Shown in pieces: positions 26,406 to 35,018 of a DNA stretch of 64,000 bases (positions are counted from its first letter, which is position 1; each line of letters starts with the position of its first letter). The stretch is from positions 14,720-78,719 of the IMG/VR virus record IMGVR_UViG_3300033153_006492. One strand, written 5' to 3'. This stretch comes from a virus. The position numbers and the translations under genes were made by a program. Under the pieces are notes generated by a model. It had not been told where the DNA came from, searched no databases, and worked only from the letters and a program-made list of their open reading frames with translations.

Positions 26406-27143
26406 ATGCCTTTATTAATGGATGAAACTCAGGAACAAATAAAATCCGGCTCGAATTATAAGTTCAGTGCGGTGAAATTAGATTCACTTGGAGCCAGTGA
26501 ATATACATTGGTTACAATTGTCGTAGACCGTTCGTCTTCTCTATATGGTTATGACAGGGATCTTGAAAAGATGATTAAAGAATCAGTAGATTCATGTAAA
26601 AAAAGTGGTCGTGTGGAAAATCTTCTTATTAGATTAGTATCATTTAATCAGCAGGAATCTGAAGAACATGGATTTAAGTTATTGAATACGATTGATTTAG
26701 TTGATTATGATAACTTAATTAAAACATCTGGTTCAACTCGTTTGTTTGATTCGGCATATCATGCTATTGAAGCGACAGCCGAATATGCAAAGATTATGGC
26801 TAAACAGGATTATTTCTCTAATGCCATTATATTTGTTATAACTGATGGTGATGATAATTCGTCAACATATGGGCCTGGACAAATAAAGACGCTTCTTGAA
26901 AAGGTTCGTCAATCAGAGGATTTGGAATCTATTGCTGTTGTACTTGTTGGTATGAATGGAGAAGCATATGTTCAACAATATCTTGACGACTTCAAAAAGG
27001 ATGCTGAACTTGATGAATATATTGATATGGGTGATGTATCGGCTTCTAAACTTGCCAAACTTGCCGGTTATATTAGTAGAAGTATAAGTTCAACTTCTCA
27101 GGCACTTGGTGGTGGTGGAAAATCAACATCATTGTCATTTTAA
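26406..27143 (+). CDS. vWA domain protein (TerY-like)
   Basis: MIDAS DRSSS, GSTRLFD, ITDGDDN. Confidence 0.88.
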   Translation: MPLLMDETQEQIKSGSNYKFSAVKLDSLGASEYTLVTIVVDRSSSLYGYDRDLEKMIKESVDSCKKSGRVENLLIRLVSFNQQESEEHGFKLLNTIDLVDYDNLIKTSGSTRLFDSAYHAIEATAEYAKIMAKQDYFSNAIIFVITDGDDNSSTYGPGQIKTLLEKVRQSEDLESIAVVLVGMNGEAYVQQYLDDFKKDAELDEYIDMGDVSASKLAKLAGYISRSISSTSQALGGGGKSTSLSF

Positions 27144-27155
27144 GGAGGTTAAAAA

Positions 27156-27512
27156 ATGGGATGTTTTAGTTATGTGTGCCAAATATGTGGAGACCCAGTA
27201 AATTCTGATAGTTTTTCTGGTGAACATGTTAAGTTATTTCTGTTAAAAGAGGGAAAGGTCATTGAAAAACTAAGTGGACAATATGATAGTTACGGTAGAG
27301 TATTTGATGAAAATATGAAATCTATTGAATGGAAAATGGATTGGACTGATGTATGTGATTTAGAATTTAGCAAAGATAAATCAAATGGTATCGCTGCTAT
27401 TCATACAGATTGTTTTGATGGTACTATTCCAATAGAAAGATCAGAATCCGATCCTGATCAGGGATGGGGCGAATATAAACATTCTACGGATGGTACAAAT
27501 AACGAAGGGTGA
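27156..27512 (+). CDS. hypothetical phage protein
   Basis: MGCFSYVCQIC..YDSYGRV..SDPDQGW; AAGGAGG RBS. Confidence 0.75.
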   Translation: MGCFSYVCQICGDPVNSDSFSGEHVKLFLLKEGKVIEKLSGQYDSYGRVFDENMKSIEWKMDWTDVCDLEFSKDKSNGIAAIHTDCFDGTIPIERSESDPDQGWGEYKHSTDGTNNEG

Positions 27513-27516
27513 ATAT

Positions 27517-28320
27517 ATGAATTCAGATAGTCATTTCTTAATAGGGCATAGTCATAATGTATGTGAAGATTATGCCCTTTCAGGTAAACATGATGATTTA
27601 CATTATGCTATTGTATCAGATGGTTGTTCGGCGTCAAAGGATGTAGATATTGGTGCTCGAATTTTAGCGAAGACGGCTGAATCTGTTATTAAAGCTGTGT
27701 ATACACATCCGTATCAACCTCATTACTATTGGAATATCATAGGTAGCATGATTATATCAAATGCTCAGAGGACTATTCGTAGTCTCGGGATAGCAGATAC
27801 AGCACTTGATGCTACGTTATTATTTGCAGTTGGATATGAAGATAGAGAATCTTTTTCTCTCTTTGCTTATGGTGATGGTTCATTTTCGTATTATGACATT
27901 GATAATAAATTACATATCATTGATATTGAATATGAAAGTGGTGCTCCATATTATCTGTCTTATCGGCTCGACAAACAAAGACAAGAGGGTTACCGTGAGA
28001 ATTTTCCTGGGAAAGTTAATATAAATCATTATTATGAAAATGATGATGGAAAATTAGATATTAAGGTTGGAAGTGTTGAACATTATGATTTTGAATTTTG
28101 TTTAGATGTTCCAGTTGGGTCATATATATCTGTTTTTTCAGATGGAACACACACATTTTCTGGATTAAAATTTACTGAAACAGCGAAAGAATTTATGAAC
28201 TTCAAAAATCACACAGGTGATTTTGTAAAACGGCGAATGAATGTTATTAAACGACGATGTGATAAAGAAGGGATTAAATATTCTGACGATGTTTCAATGG
28301 CAAGTATTTATGTAGGATAG
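27517..28320 (+). CDS. PP2C-family phosphatase (TerY-P type)
   Basis: GHSHNVCEDY, VSDGCS, DATLL, GDG, FSDG, DDVS. Confidence 0.9.
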   Translation: MNSDSHFLIGHSHNVCEDYALSGKHDDLHYAIVSDGCSASKDVDIGARILAKTAESVIKAVYTHPYQPHYYWNIIGSMIISNAQRTIRSLGIADTALDATLLFAVGYEDRESFSLFAYGDGSFSYYDIDNKLHIIDIEYESGAPYYLSYRLDKQRQEGYRENFPGKVNINHYYENDDGKLDIKVGSVEHYDFEFCLDVPVGSYISVFSDGTHTFSGLKFTETAKEFMNFKNHTGDFVKRRMNVIKRRCDKEGIKYSDDVSMASIYVG

Positions 28321-28324
28321 TATT

Positions 28325-28534
28325 ATGAATAAAAATAAAAAAATAGTTTTATATCCAATCGAAGTACCAAAAGGAATGTATTGTATGGAACATAAAGCAC
28401 CATTTGCTATATGTGAACATTTGGATAATGAAGGTGGTGTTTCAATATGTAATCTCAATTTTCCATTTCTTAATGATACTGAATATGGAATTACAAAATC
28501 TCCCATTTGTGTGAATTTAAAGGATAAAAAATGA
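28325..28534 (+). CDS. small Cys-rich protein
   Basis: Four Cys; overlaps the kinase start (ATGA). Confidence 0.6.
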   Translation: MNKNKKIVLYPIEVPKGMYCMEHKAPFAICEHLDNEGGVSICNLNFPFLNDTEYGITKSPICVNLKDKK

Positions 28535-30228
28535 AAAAACAAGTTCATATCGAAAATGTTGGGAATGTAGCTCTTACTGATAAAAATTATATTGGTGCTG
28601 GTGGTGAAGCGTCTGTTTATCAGTCCGGTAAATTGGCTGTAAAGATTTATCATGATTCAGTCAAAGCAATACCTAAAGATAAAATGTTAGAACTTGGGAA
28701 GATACAGGCTGTTAATGTTCTAAAACCATTGCATGTAGTTTACGACTTAAAGAATAAAGATGTAATTGGATATGCTATGCAGTATATAAAAAACACTGAA
28801 GCATTATGTAAATTATTTACAAAGTCATTTAAGCAACAACATAATTTAACTCCACAAATTATTATGGGGTTGATTCAAAAGATGCAAGAAACTGTTGCTC
28901 AAGTTCATTATGATGATTGTCTTATTGTAGATTTGAATGAAATGAATTTATTGACTTCAAATGATTTTAAGATACCATATTTTATAGATACAGACAGTTA
29001 TCAAACTCCAAACTATAAAGCTACGGCTATAATGGATTCGATTAGAGATAGAACGACTTCACATGGTTCATTTAGTAATTTAACTGATTGGTATGCTTTT
29101 GCTATCATTGCTTTTCAGTTATATATTGGTATTCATCCTTACAAGGGTAAACATCCAAACTATAAGCCGAATCAATGGCAACAGCGAATGGACGATGGAA
29201 TATCTGTTTTTGATAAAGCAGTATCTCTTCCACCAGTGTGTAATGATTTCAGTGTTATTCCGCATCGCCATCGTACATGGATGGAAGATTTATTTTTACA
29301 TAACAATAGAAGTGAACCACCTCAAATTAGTGTCAGTGCTCCAATAGCATTTGTTCCTAAGATAGTTATCATTAATTCATCTGATACAGTAAATGTTGAT
29401 TTAGTTGTAGATTTGGATTCAAAGAAATATGGTATTCAAAGTGTGTATAGTTTTATGGGTACAAAGTATTATCTTACTAACGACTCTATTTACAAAAATA
29501 ATAAATTGGTGGTTACAAGAGGATTTCGTTCATACGATAAAATTTTATTATGCGAAACGAATGCTATGACTCCTGTCATATGTAAATTAATACATAAGAC
29601 ATTAACATTTGAAAGTGGTAGAGATGAAATAGGGAAACTTCAAACCGATGGTATGATGTATAAGCATGGAAAAATTTATACAATGTCTGGTGGTAATTTA
29701 TATAGAAATTCATTTCGTGAGATTAATAATAAGACATTGCATCAAATAGATTTTATTTCTCAAGTAAGCGAACATTCATCAAGAATGTTTGAAGGATTTG
29801 TATATCAAGATTTATTAGGTAAGCCATATTTTACCATTCCACTTGACGACAAATGTAAAAATTATTACATAAAGGAATTAGAAGGACATAGAATACTGGA
29901 TGCTAAGGTGGAACGTAATGTATGTGTGGTAATGGCAGAACGTAAAGGGAAGTATCACAGATTTGTAATTATATTTGATTACGACAAAGATACATATAAT
30001 GTAAGAAAAACAGAAGATGTGTCGTATGATACGGTTAATTTTACTGTCATACAAAAAGGAGTTTGTATTTTGGCTATTGAAAACAAACAGGCTGAACTAT
30101 TTATAGATAATGTAAAAATTAAAGTCATTGATAATACTCCATTTGACACATCAACGAAATTGATAAGTTTTGATAATGGTGTTTATTTTATTCATGACGA
30201 TAAATTATTTGCAATTACAATGAAATAA
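28531..30228 (+). CDS. Ser/Thr protein kinase (TerY-P type) with C-terminal beta-rich domain
   Basis: GAGGEA, AVKIY, DLNEMN, IDTDSYQ, DWYAFA. Confidence 0.9.
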   Translation: MKKQVHIENVGNVALTDKNYIGAGGEASVYQSGKLAVKIYHDSVKAIPKDKMLELGKIQAVNVLKPLHVVYDLKNKDVIGYAMQYIKNTEALCKLFTKSFKQQHNLTPQIIMGLIQKMQETVAQVHYDDCLIVDLNEMNLLTSNDFKIPYFIDTDSYQTPNYKATAIMDSIRDRTTSHGSFSNLTDWYAFAIIAFQLYIGIHPYKGKHPNYKPNQWQQRMDDGISVFDKAVSLPPVCNDFSVIPHRHRTWMEDLFLHNNRSEPPQISVSAPIAFVPKIVIINSSDTVNVDLVVDLDSKKYGIQSVYSFMGTKYYLTNDSIYKNNKLVVTRGFRSYDKILLCETNAMTPVICKLIHKTLTFESGRDEIGKLQTDGMMYKHGKIYTMSGGNLYRNSFREINNKTLHQIDFISQVSEHSSRMFEGFVYQDLLGKPYFTIPLDDKCKNYYIKELEGHRILDAKVERNVCVVMAERKGKYHRFVIIFDYDKDTYNVRKTEDVSYDTVNFTVIQKGVCILAIENKQAELFIDNVKIKVIDNTPFDTSTKLISFDNGVYFIHDDKLFAITMK

Positions 30229-30272
30229 ATACTCACCTGCCATTCGTAAGATGTAAGAGCCGAAGCGAGATG

Positions 30273-30298
30273 GCTCCGCCTTTGAGCGGAGCTTTTTT
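30273..30298 (+). terminator. intrinsic terminator
   Basis: GCTCCGC/GCGGAGC plus T6. Confidence 0.85.
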
Positions 30299-30300
30299 AT

Positions 30301-30329
30301 TTGACAAGCATATTTAATTTGTGTATATT
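30301..30329 (+). promoter_or_regulatory. sigma70-type promoter
   Basis: TTGACA-N17-TATATT. Confidence 0.75.
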
Positions 30330-30355
30330 CTGGTATTAAAAAATAAAAGGAAATA

Positions 30356-30985
30356 ATGATAATACAAGATGAAAAATTTTTACGACAAATAAGCGTACCC
30401 GCGACATTAGATGAAGCGAAAGAAATAGCTGAAAAATTATTTGTAGAATTATTACAATGTAAGGATACTGACGTTGGTTTAGCTGCTCCTCAGATTGGGA
30501 TATTGAAACAAGTTTGTGTTATTAGAGCGATGAAACCGATAGTATTAGTTAATCCTCGTATTGTTAGTGCCGAAGGTGAAACATGGTATCAGGAAGGGTG
30601 TTTATCCTTCCCAGGAGCGTCCGTGAGGACACGTAGGCACACCGATATAGTTGTGAAGGTAGATTATTTAGGCGTTGGTACAGAGGTCATACAGGAATGG
30701 AAAGAAGATGTAGAATTAGCATTTTCTGGTGATGGATTTCATCAAATTGAAGAAGATATGGCTTTACTTGAATGTGTAGCCGTGCAGCATGAAGTGGATC
30801 ATTTATCAGGAGTTTTATTTTTTGATAGAGAATGGAAGAATGAACCTGTGAAGGCGAAAAAGAAATATAGTCCAAATGAAAGAATTGATATTATTCATCT
30901 TGGAACAAAAGATAGACTTGAGCGTATAAAATATAAAAAGTACGTTAAAGATTACGAACCAGGAGGGTGGAAAATAGATGGATAG
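30356..30985 (+). CDS. def: peptide deformylase
   Basis: GLAAPQIG, EGCLS, QHEVDHL. Confidence 0.96.
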   Translation: MIIQDEKFLRQISVPATLDEAKEIAEKLFVELLQCKDTDVGLAAPQIGILKQVCVIRAMKPIVLVNPRIVSAEGETWYQEGCLSFPGASVRTRRHTDIVVKVDYLGVGTEVIQEWKEDVELAFSGDGFHQIEEDMALLECVAVQHEVDHLSGVLFFDREWKNEPVKAKKKYSPNERIDIIHLGTKDRLERIKYKKYVKDYEPGGWKIDG

Positions 30986-31307
30986 GATAATTTACGAATA
31001 TGATTTCGATGATGAATTTGGTCACTTGGATGAATTGGATGAAGAAAGAGAACCAACCAGAATTATATATGAATATGAAAATGATTTTAACATATTTGAA
31101 TTTAAGTTATTATGTATTAAATTGGCTGGGAGTATTGGATACAGTCCAGATTCAATCAATGAAGCGTTTGGGAAGGATTCACTTCCGTTAGAAAAGGAAG
31201 CATTACGACAAGCTCAAATAAAAGATTTAATATGGAACACAACTTGGCCGGAGGAGAAGTCTGGTATACCATTACATAGATCAGCGAGCGAAGATGAGCG
31301 AAGATGA
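30978..31307 (+). CDS. acidic hypothetical protein
   Basis: Overlapping ORF with GGAGG RBS. Confidence 0.65.
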   Translation: MDRIIYEYDFDDEFGHLDELDEEREPTRIIYEYENDFNIFEFKLLCIKLAGSIGYSPDSINEAFGKDSLPLEKEALRQAQIKDLIWNTTWPEEKSGIPLHRSASEDERR

Positions 31308-31327
31308 AGGTGTTTAATTTAATTTTA

Positions 31328-31337
31328 TATATTTATA
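31328..31337 (+). promoter_or_regulatory. TATATTTATA putative late-promoter motif
   Basis: Repeated intergenic motif. Confidence 0.55.
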
Positions 31338-31356
31338 TGTGTTCTTTGAAATAATT

Positions 31357-31440
31357 TGTGTTGAATATAAAGCCTTAAAACATAACAGAAAGGTTTTGAG
31401 TTATGCTAATGCCGATGTGCAGGTATCCTTATTTAACACA
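31357..31440 (+). ncRNA. pseudoknotted ~85-nt RNA just upstream of tmRNA
   Basis: 11-bp outer stem, two inner hairpins, 7-8 bp loop pairing. Confidence 0.5.
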
Positions 31441-31449
31441 CAACTTTAT

Positions 31450-31785
31450 GGGAGCGTTCATGGATTCGATCAGAGGATAAAAGTAAATGACAGCAATACG
31501 TTGGGAAACGTAAAATCTAATAAAGAATAATTAACAACTCATATCAACTTGCTGCGTAATTAATTGCGTAGTCGTCAATCCATCTTTTGTCGAGAGGTGG
31601 AAATTGACGCCGTATTCGACAAGAACTTTTGGTGGTAGGTCAAAACAAAAATATCTACTCGTGGGTAATAAATTTTCTTGTTTATTTTTAGTTTATTTTA
31701 CACGTTAAAATTTAAGAATAAACTATTATTGTAGAAGTCATTTAAGTTTGCTTTTGAGACGCGGGCTCGATTCCCGCCGCTTCCA
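31450..31785 (+). ncRNA. ssrA: tmRNA
   Basis: GGGAGCG/CGCTTCC-A acceptor with G3-U70; GGATTCGA; T arm GCGGG-CTCGATT-CCCGC; pk1-like element; tag frame ..NNSYQLAA* at 31533-31559. Confidence 0.93.
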
Positions 31786-31813
31786 CTTTTAATTTAATAC
31801 AAAGGAGAATTGA

Positions 31814-32026
31814 ATGGGATTTTTTTCAAACATTTTTAGTTCAAATGATACTTCAAACGCAGCACGTAATGAGCGTACAAGTAATGATCATAAGACTGCT
31901 TGGATGACGAATAAACAAACTTATGGAAAATGGTTATCTGCCGCTGATTATGAAGCCAAGACTGGTCGGAGAGGTATACTCGATTCAAACAGTTTAGCCG
32001 AAAAACTAGCCAGCTTGGATGATTAA
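31814..32026 (+). CDS. hypothetical protein
   Basis: AAGGAG RBS. Confidence 0.65.
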   Translation: MGFFSNIFSSNDTSNAARNERTSNDHKTAWMTNKQTYGKWLSAADYEAKTGRRGILDSNSLAEKLASLDD

Positions 32027-32334
32027 TGAGATTAAAACCAAAGGAAAAAGCTAAGTTAGATACACGACGAAAAATGTGGAAGTTGTTTGATTGGCATTGG
32101 GCTCATCAGAGAACTGATGGTGGATATTACAAAACAGATTATACGTCCAATGAAGATGAATGTAAAGGTTATGGATATTTTAAACATAATCATTCTTTAT
32201 CTTGTACTGATCATGCGACTTGTAGAATGCAATTATCAGAAAAACGGCGGGAAAGAAAAAGAGACCGCCGATTAAATAAAAAAGAAGATCGTAATTTAAT
32301 GAAGGTTATTAACTGTCACGGTGAAATCGAATAA
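32026..32334 (+). CDS. basic hypothetical protein
   Basis: TAATG coupling. Confidence 0.6.
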   Translation: MRLKPKEKAKLDTRRKMWKLFDWHWAHQRTDGGYYKTDYTSNEDECKGYGYFKHNHSLSCTDHATCRMQLSEKRRERKRDRRLNKKEDRNLMKVINCHGEIE

Positions 32335-32353
32335 TTAAATAAAATTTATAGAA

Positions 32354-32425
32354 GTGCCATAGGTGTTACTGGAAGCACGCCACGTTGCCAACGTGGAGGA
32401 ACGAGTTCAAGCCTCGTATGGCGCT
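32354..32425 (+). tRNA. tRNA-Gly(GCC)
   Basis: GTGCCAT/ATGGCGC acceptor, CCACG-TTGCCAA-CGTGG, ACGAG-TTCAAGC-CTCGT, U73 discriminator. Confidence 0.93.
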
Positions 32426-32462
32426 CTTTTTTTATTATACTCAAAAACGAAGGAGAATTAAG

Positions 32463-33203
32463 ATGAACTTATTTACTAAAACGAAGTATGCTATTTTAAG
32501 CAGACTGGTTTTTGTTAGAGTGTGGTATGAAAATTTAACAAAGGTAAACATAATGGCATTTGCAATTAGTGTTCTTATGCTGTTACTTGTTAATGTAGCA
32601 TTTCATACACAAACTATAAAGTGGGAAGTTTATAAACAAGAAAAACACATCAGTAGATTAACTGATGATATTTATAGATTAAATAATGATGTTCAACATA
32701 AAGATTCGGTAATAGTTGCTGTAAATACTGAACATCAACAAATGAAAGATTTTATTAAGGATGTATTTACCACTGATTATTATACAACCAGTTTAACAGG
32801 TTACCATCCAGTAGTTGAACAATGTGATTCAACTCCTGATATTACTGCTGATGGAACAAAGATTGACATAAATAGAGCTGGAGAATATAAATATGTTGCT
32901 CTTAGTCGTGATTTGTTAACTCACTTTAATAGTCGTGGTGCGAAAATACGATTTGGTGATTATATCATGGTTAAAGGAACTACAAACAATGATGGTATTT
33001 ATCAAGTTAGAGATACGATGAATGCTCGACATACTGAATGGATTGATATTTTATTGACACCTGGAGAAAAATCGTTTTATTATAGAAATATCTTAATGAC
33101 GAAAATAACGAATCCAATATATATTAGTATGTTACAAGATGTGTATAATTTTCCAACACATGCTCCATTAGCTATGGGTGAACCTGAAGTAAAAATAAAT
33201 TAA
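32463..33203 (+). CDS. membrane-anchored 3D/double-psi-barrel cell-wall hydrolase-like protein
   Basis: TM + coiled coil; TGY..QCDSTPDITADG, VALSRDL, VRDTM, IDIL; start moved to ATG 32463. Confidence 0.75.
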   Translation: MNLFTKTKYAILSRLVFVRVWYENLTKVNIMAFAISVLMLLLVNVAFHTQTIKWEVYKQEKHISRLTDDIYRLNNDVQHKDSVIVAVNTEHQQMKDFIKDVFTTDYYTTSLTGYHPVVEQCDSTPDITADGTKIDINRAGEYKYVALSRDLLTHFNSRGAKIRFGDYIMVKGTTNNDGIYQVRDTMNARHTEWIDILLTPGEKSFYYRNILMTKITNPIYISMLQDVYNFPTHAPLAMGEPEVKIN

Positions 33204-33205
33204 AT

Positions 33206-33234
33206 TTGACTTTTAACGCTCCATTCATTATATT
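33206..33234 (+). promoter_or_regulatory. sigma70-type promoter
   Basis: TTGACT-N17-TATATT. Confidence 0.7.
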
Positions 33235-33263
33235 ATCTGTATACAAAATGAATGGAGCTTTAA

Positions 33264-34055
33264 ATGAAAAAGAATTATCTGCACGAACATCAATCAAAGG
33301 GGAAGTCAATTGTTTCTCGTCGTTGGAAACTTGATGTACGAGATGTAGTTAATAATTATGATTTTGGTTTTATTGATGCACATGCTAAAGGTGGAAAATG
33401 TGAATTGTGTGGTAATAGTTTAACTTATGTTGCTGTTATTGGTGGTAATCATTTACATGAATCTAATAATTACAAAAAATATTCTGTAGGATTTGATTGT
33501 TTACAATTAGTATTTGGTCGTGATTGGAATGATTATCGTAAAGCCAAATATGCCATTGACCAATTGAAAAAAGAAGCGGCTCGTCAACGGCGAATTGTTG
33601 ATTATGCTGTGCGTTATGATGATATAATTGATTGGTTAAATGAATGGTCTGAGTATGTCGAAAGCAATTGGTTTCTTAGAAGTATGAAAGATGTTTTGCT
33701 TTCTGGTTCGAAAGTTTTTACTGTGAACATGGAAGGTTCTGTTCGTACTCAAATGGAAAAAAGTGTTTATTCAGCTGATGAATATACAAAAAAATTAAAA
33801 CATCACAAAGAACATGTTTTACCTCGTTTGAAGTTACTGTATGATTTGGTTTGCCGTGTTGATAAAATTACTCCTGGAACATTGACTGAATTTAACGACA
33901 AAAGTAATTATGCTTTTGTTAATAGTGTTTATTACAAAGCAAAGAAATATAATAAAATATCACCTTCTCAGTTAGAATGGATGAATAAACTATATGACCG
34001 ATATACAGAACGTGAACAAAATGTAGTTGTCGATACATCAGACATTCCATTCTAA
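33264..34055 (+). CDS. Zn-binding hypothetical protein ending in SSB-like DIPF
   Basis: CELCG..VGFDC; C-terminus DTSDIPF. Confidence 0.7.
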   Translation: MKKNYLHEHQSKGKSIVSRRWKLDVRDVVNNYDFGFIDAHAKGGKCELCGNSLTYVAVIGGNHLHESNNYKKYSVGFDCLQLVFGRDWNDYRKAKYAIDQLKKEAARQRRIVDYAVRYDDIIDWLNEWSEYVESNWFLRSMKDVLLSGSKVFTVNMEGSVRTQMEKSVYSADEYTKKLKHHKEHVLPRLKLLYDLVCRVDKITPGTLTEFNDKSNYAFVNSVYYKAKKYNKISPSQLEWMNKLYDRYTEREQNVVVDTSDIPF

Positions 34056-34078
34056 AATAACAAATCTGTTTACAAATT

Positions 34079-34118
34079 AACCCGACCAGTAAGGTTCACC
34101 TGAAAGTTGGGTTTTTTT
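34079..34118 (+). terminator. intrinsic terminator
   Basis: AACCCGAC..GTTGGGTT plus T run. Confidence 0.65.
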
Positions 34119-34127
34119 ATTTAAAAT

Positions 34128-34156
34128 GGAACTTAAATACAATAGAATAAGTATAA
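34128..34156 (+). promoter_or_regulatory. ECF-sigma-like promoter
   Basis: GGAACTT-N16-GTATAA. Confidence 0.55.
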
Positions 34157-34199
34157 TAAAGGTAATGAATAAAAACTTTACTATATTTAAGGAGAAAGT

Positions 34200-35018
34200 A
34201 TGATTGATGAAAAACAAATAGAAACTAATTGGAACAATTTAATTACCTTTATTGAGAATTCGTTTGAAGGAGAACGTGAAGAACGGTTACTTAAATTATA
34301 TACGGAATACGCTGATAGAATTGCTACATCACCAGCTTCTGGTAAAATCAATTATCATTCTTGTTATACTGGTGGGTATGTACAACATGTATTAAATGTA
34401 ATTGAATATGTAAACAAGGTATCAAAACTTTGGCAGGGTATTGGTGGGAAAGCGACATATACAGAAGAAGAATTAAATTTTGCTGCCCTTAATCATGATT
34501 TAGGAAAAATTGGTGACCTCAATTATGAGTATTATGTTCAAACAGATGAACAATGGAAAATTAAACGCGGACAATTATATGACTTTCATCCACTGTTACC
34601 TTATATGGGTGTTCCTGACAGGTCGATTTTTTGGTTACAACATTATGGGATAACAATTACTCACACAGAATATCTTGGTATTAAACTTCATGATGGGCTT
34701 TACGAAGAAGGCAATAAAAGTTATTATATGACATATGATCCTCGATTTGGATTGAGAACTATGTTACCATTTGTTATGCATTGGGGTGATATGATGGCGT
34801 CCAAACTTGAGTATGAACAATGGTTAGCTACATCAGATGGTATTCGTTTTATGGAAAGTGGAGGAAGCAATGCAGGAGGTATTGTTGCTCCGAAAAGGAA
34901 GGCTAAGAAAACACCGTTTACACTTGAACCTGGAGTGGCTACAGAGGGAGTTGATATAAAGTCATTTGAAGAGTTATTTGAAGCCATTGATATGAAAAGC
35001 GAGAAGAAAAATGATTGA
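34200..35018 (+). CDS. HD-domain phosphohydrolase (YhaM-like)
   Basis: PAS..YH..GGYVQH, HDLGK, HDG, D. Confidence 0.88.
   Translation: MIDEKQIETNWNNLITFIENSFEGEREERLLKLYTEYADRIATSPASGKINYHSCYTGGYVQHVLNVIEYVNKVSKLWQGIGGKATYTEEELNFAALNHDLGKIGDLNYEYYVQTDEQWKIKRGQLYDFHPLLPYMGVPDRSIFWLQHYGITITHTEYLGIKLHDGLYEEGNKSYYMTYDPRFGLRTMLPFVMHWGDMMASKLEYEQWLATSDGIRFMESGGSNAGGIVAPKRKAKKTPFTLEPGVATEGVDIKSFEELFEAIDMKSEKKND

Noticed and set aside
31339-31530. 63-aa ORF
   Set aside because: Overlaps the tmRNA 5' end and the upstream structured RNA; no RBS
32385-32462. N-terminal extension of ORF 32385
   Set aside because: Overlaps tRNA-Gly; the real start is ATG 32463 after AGGAG
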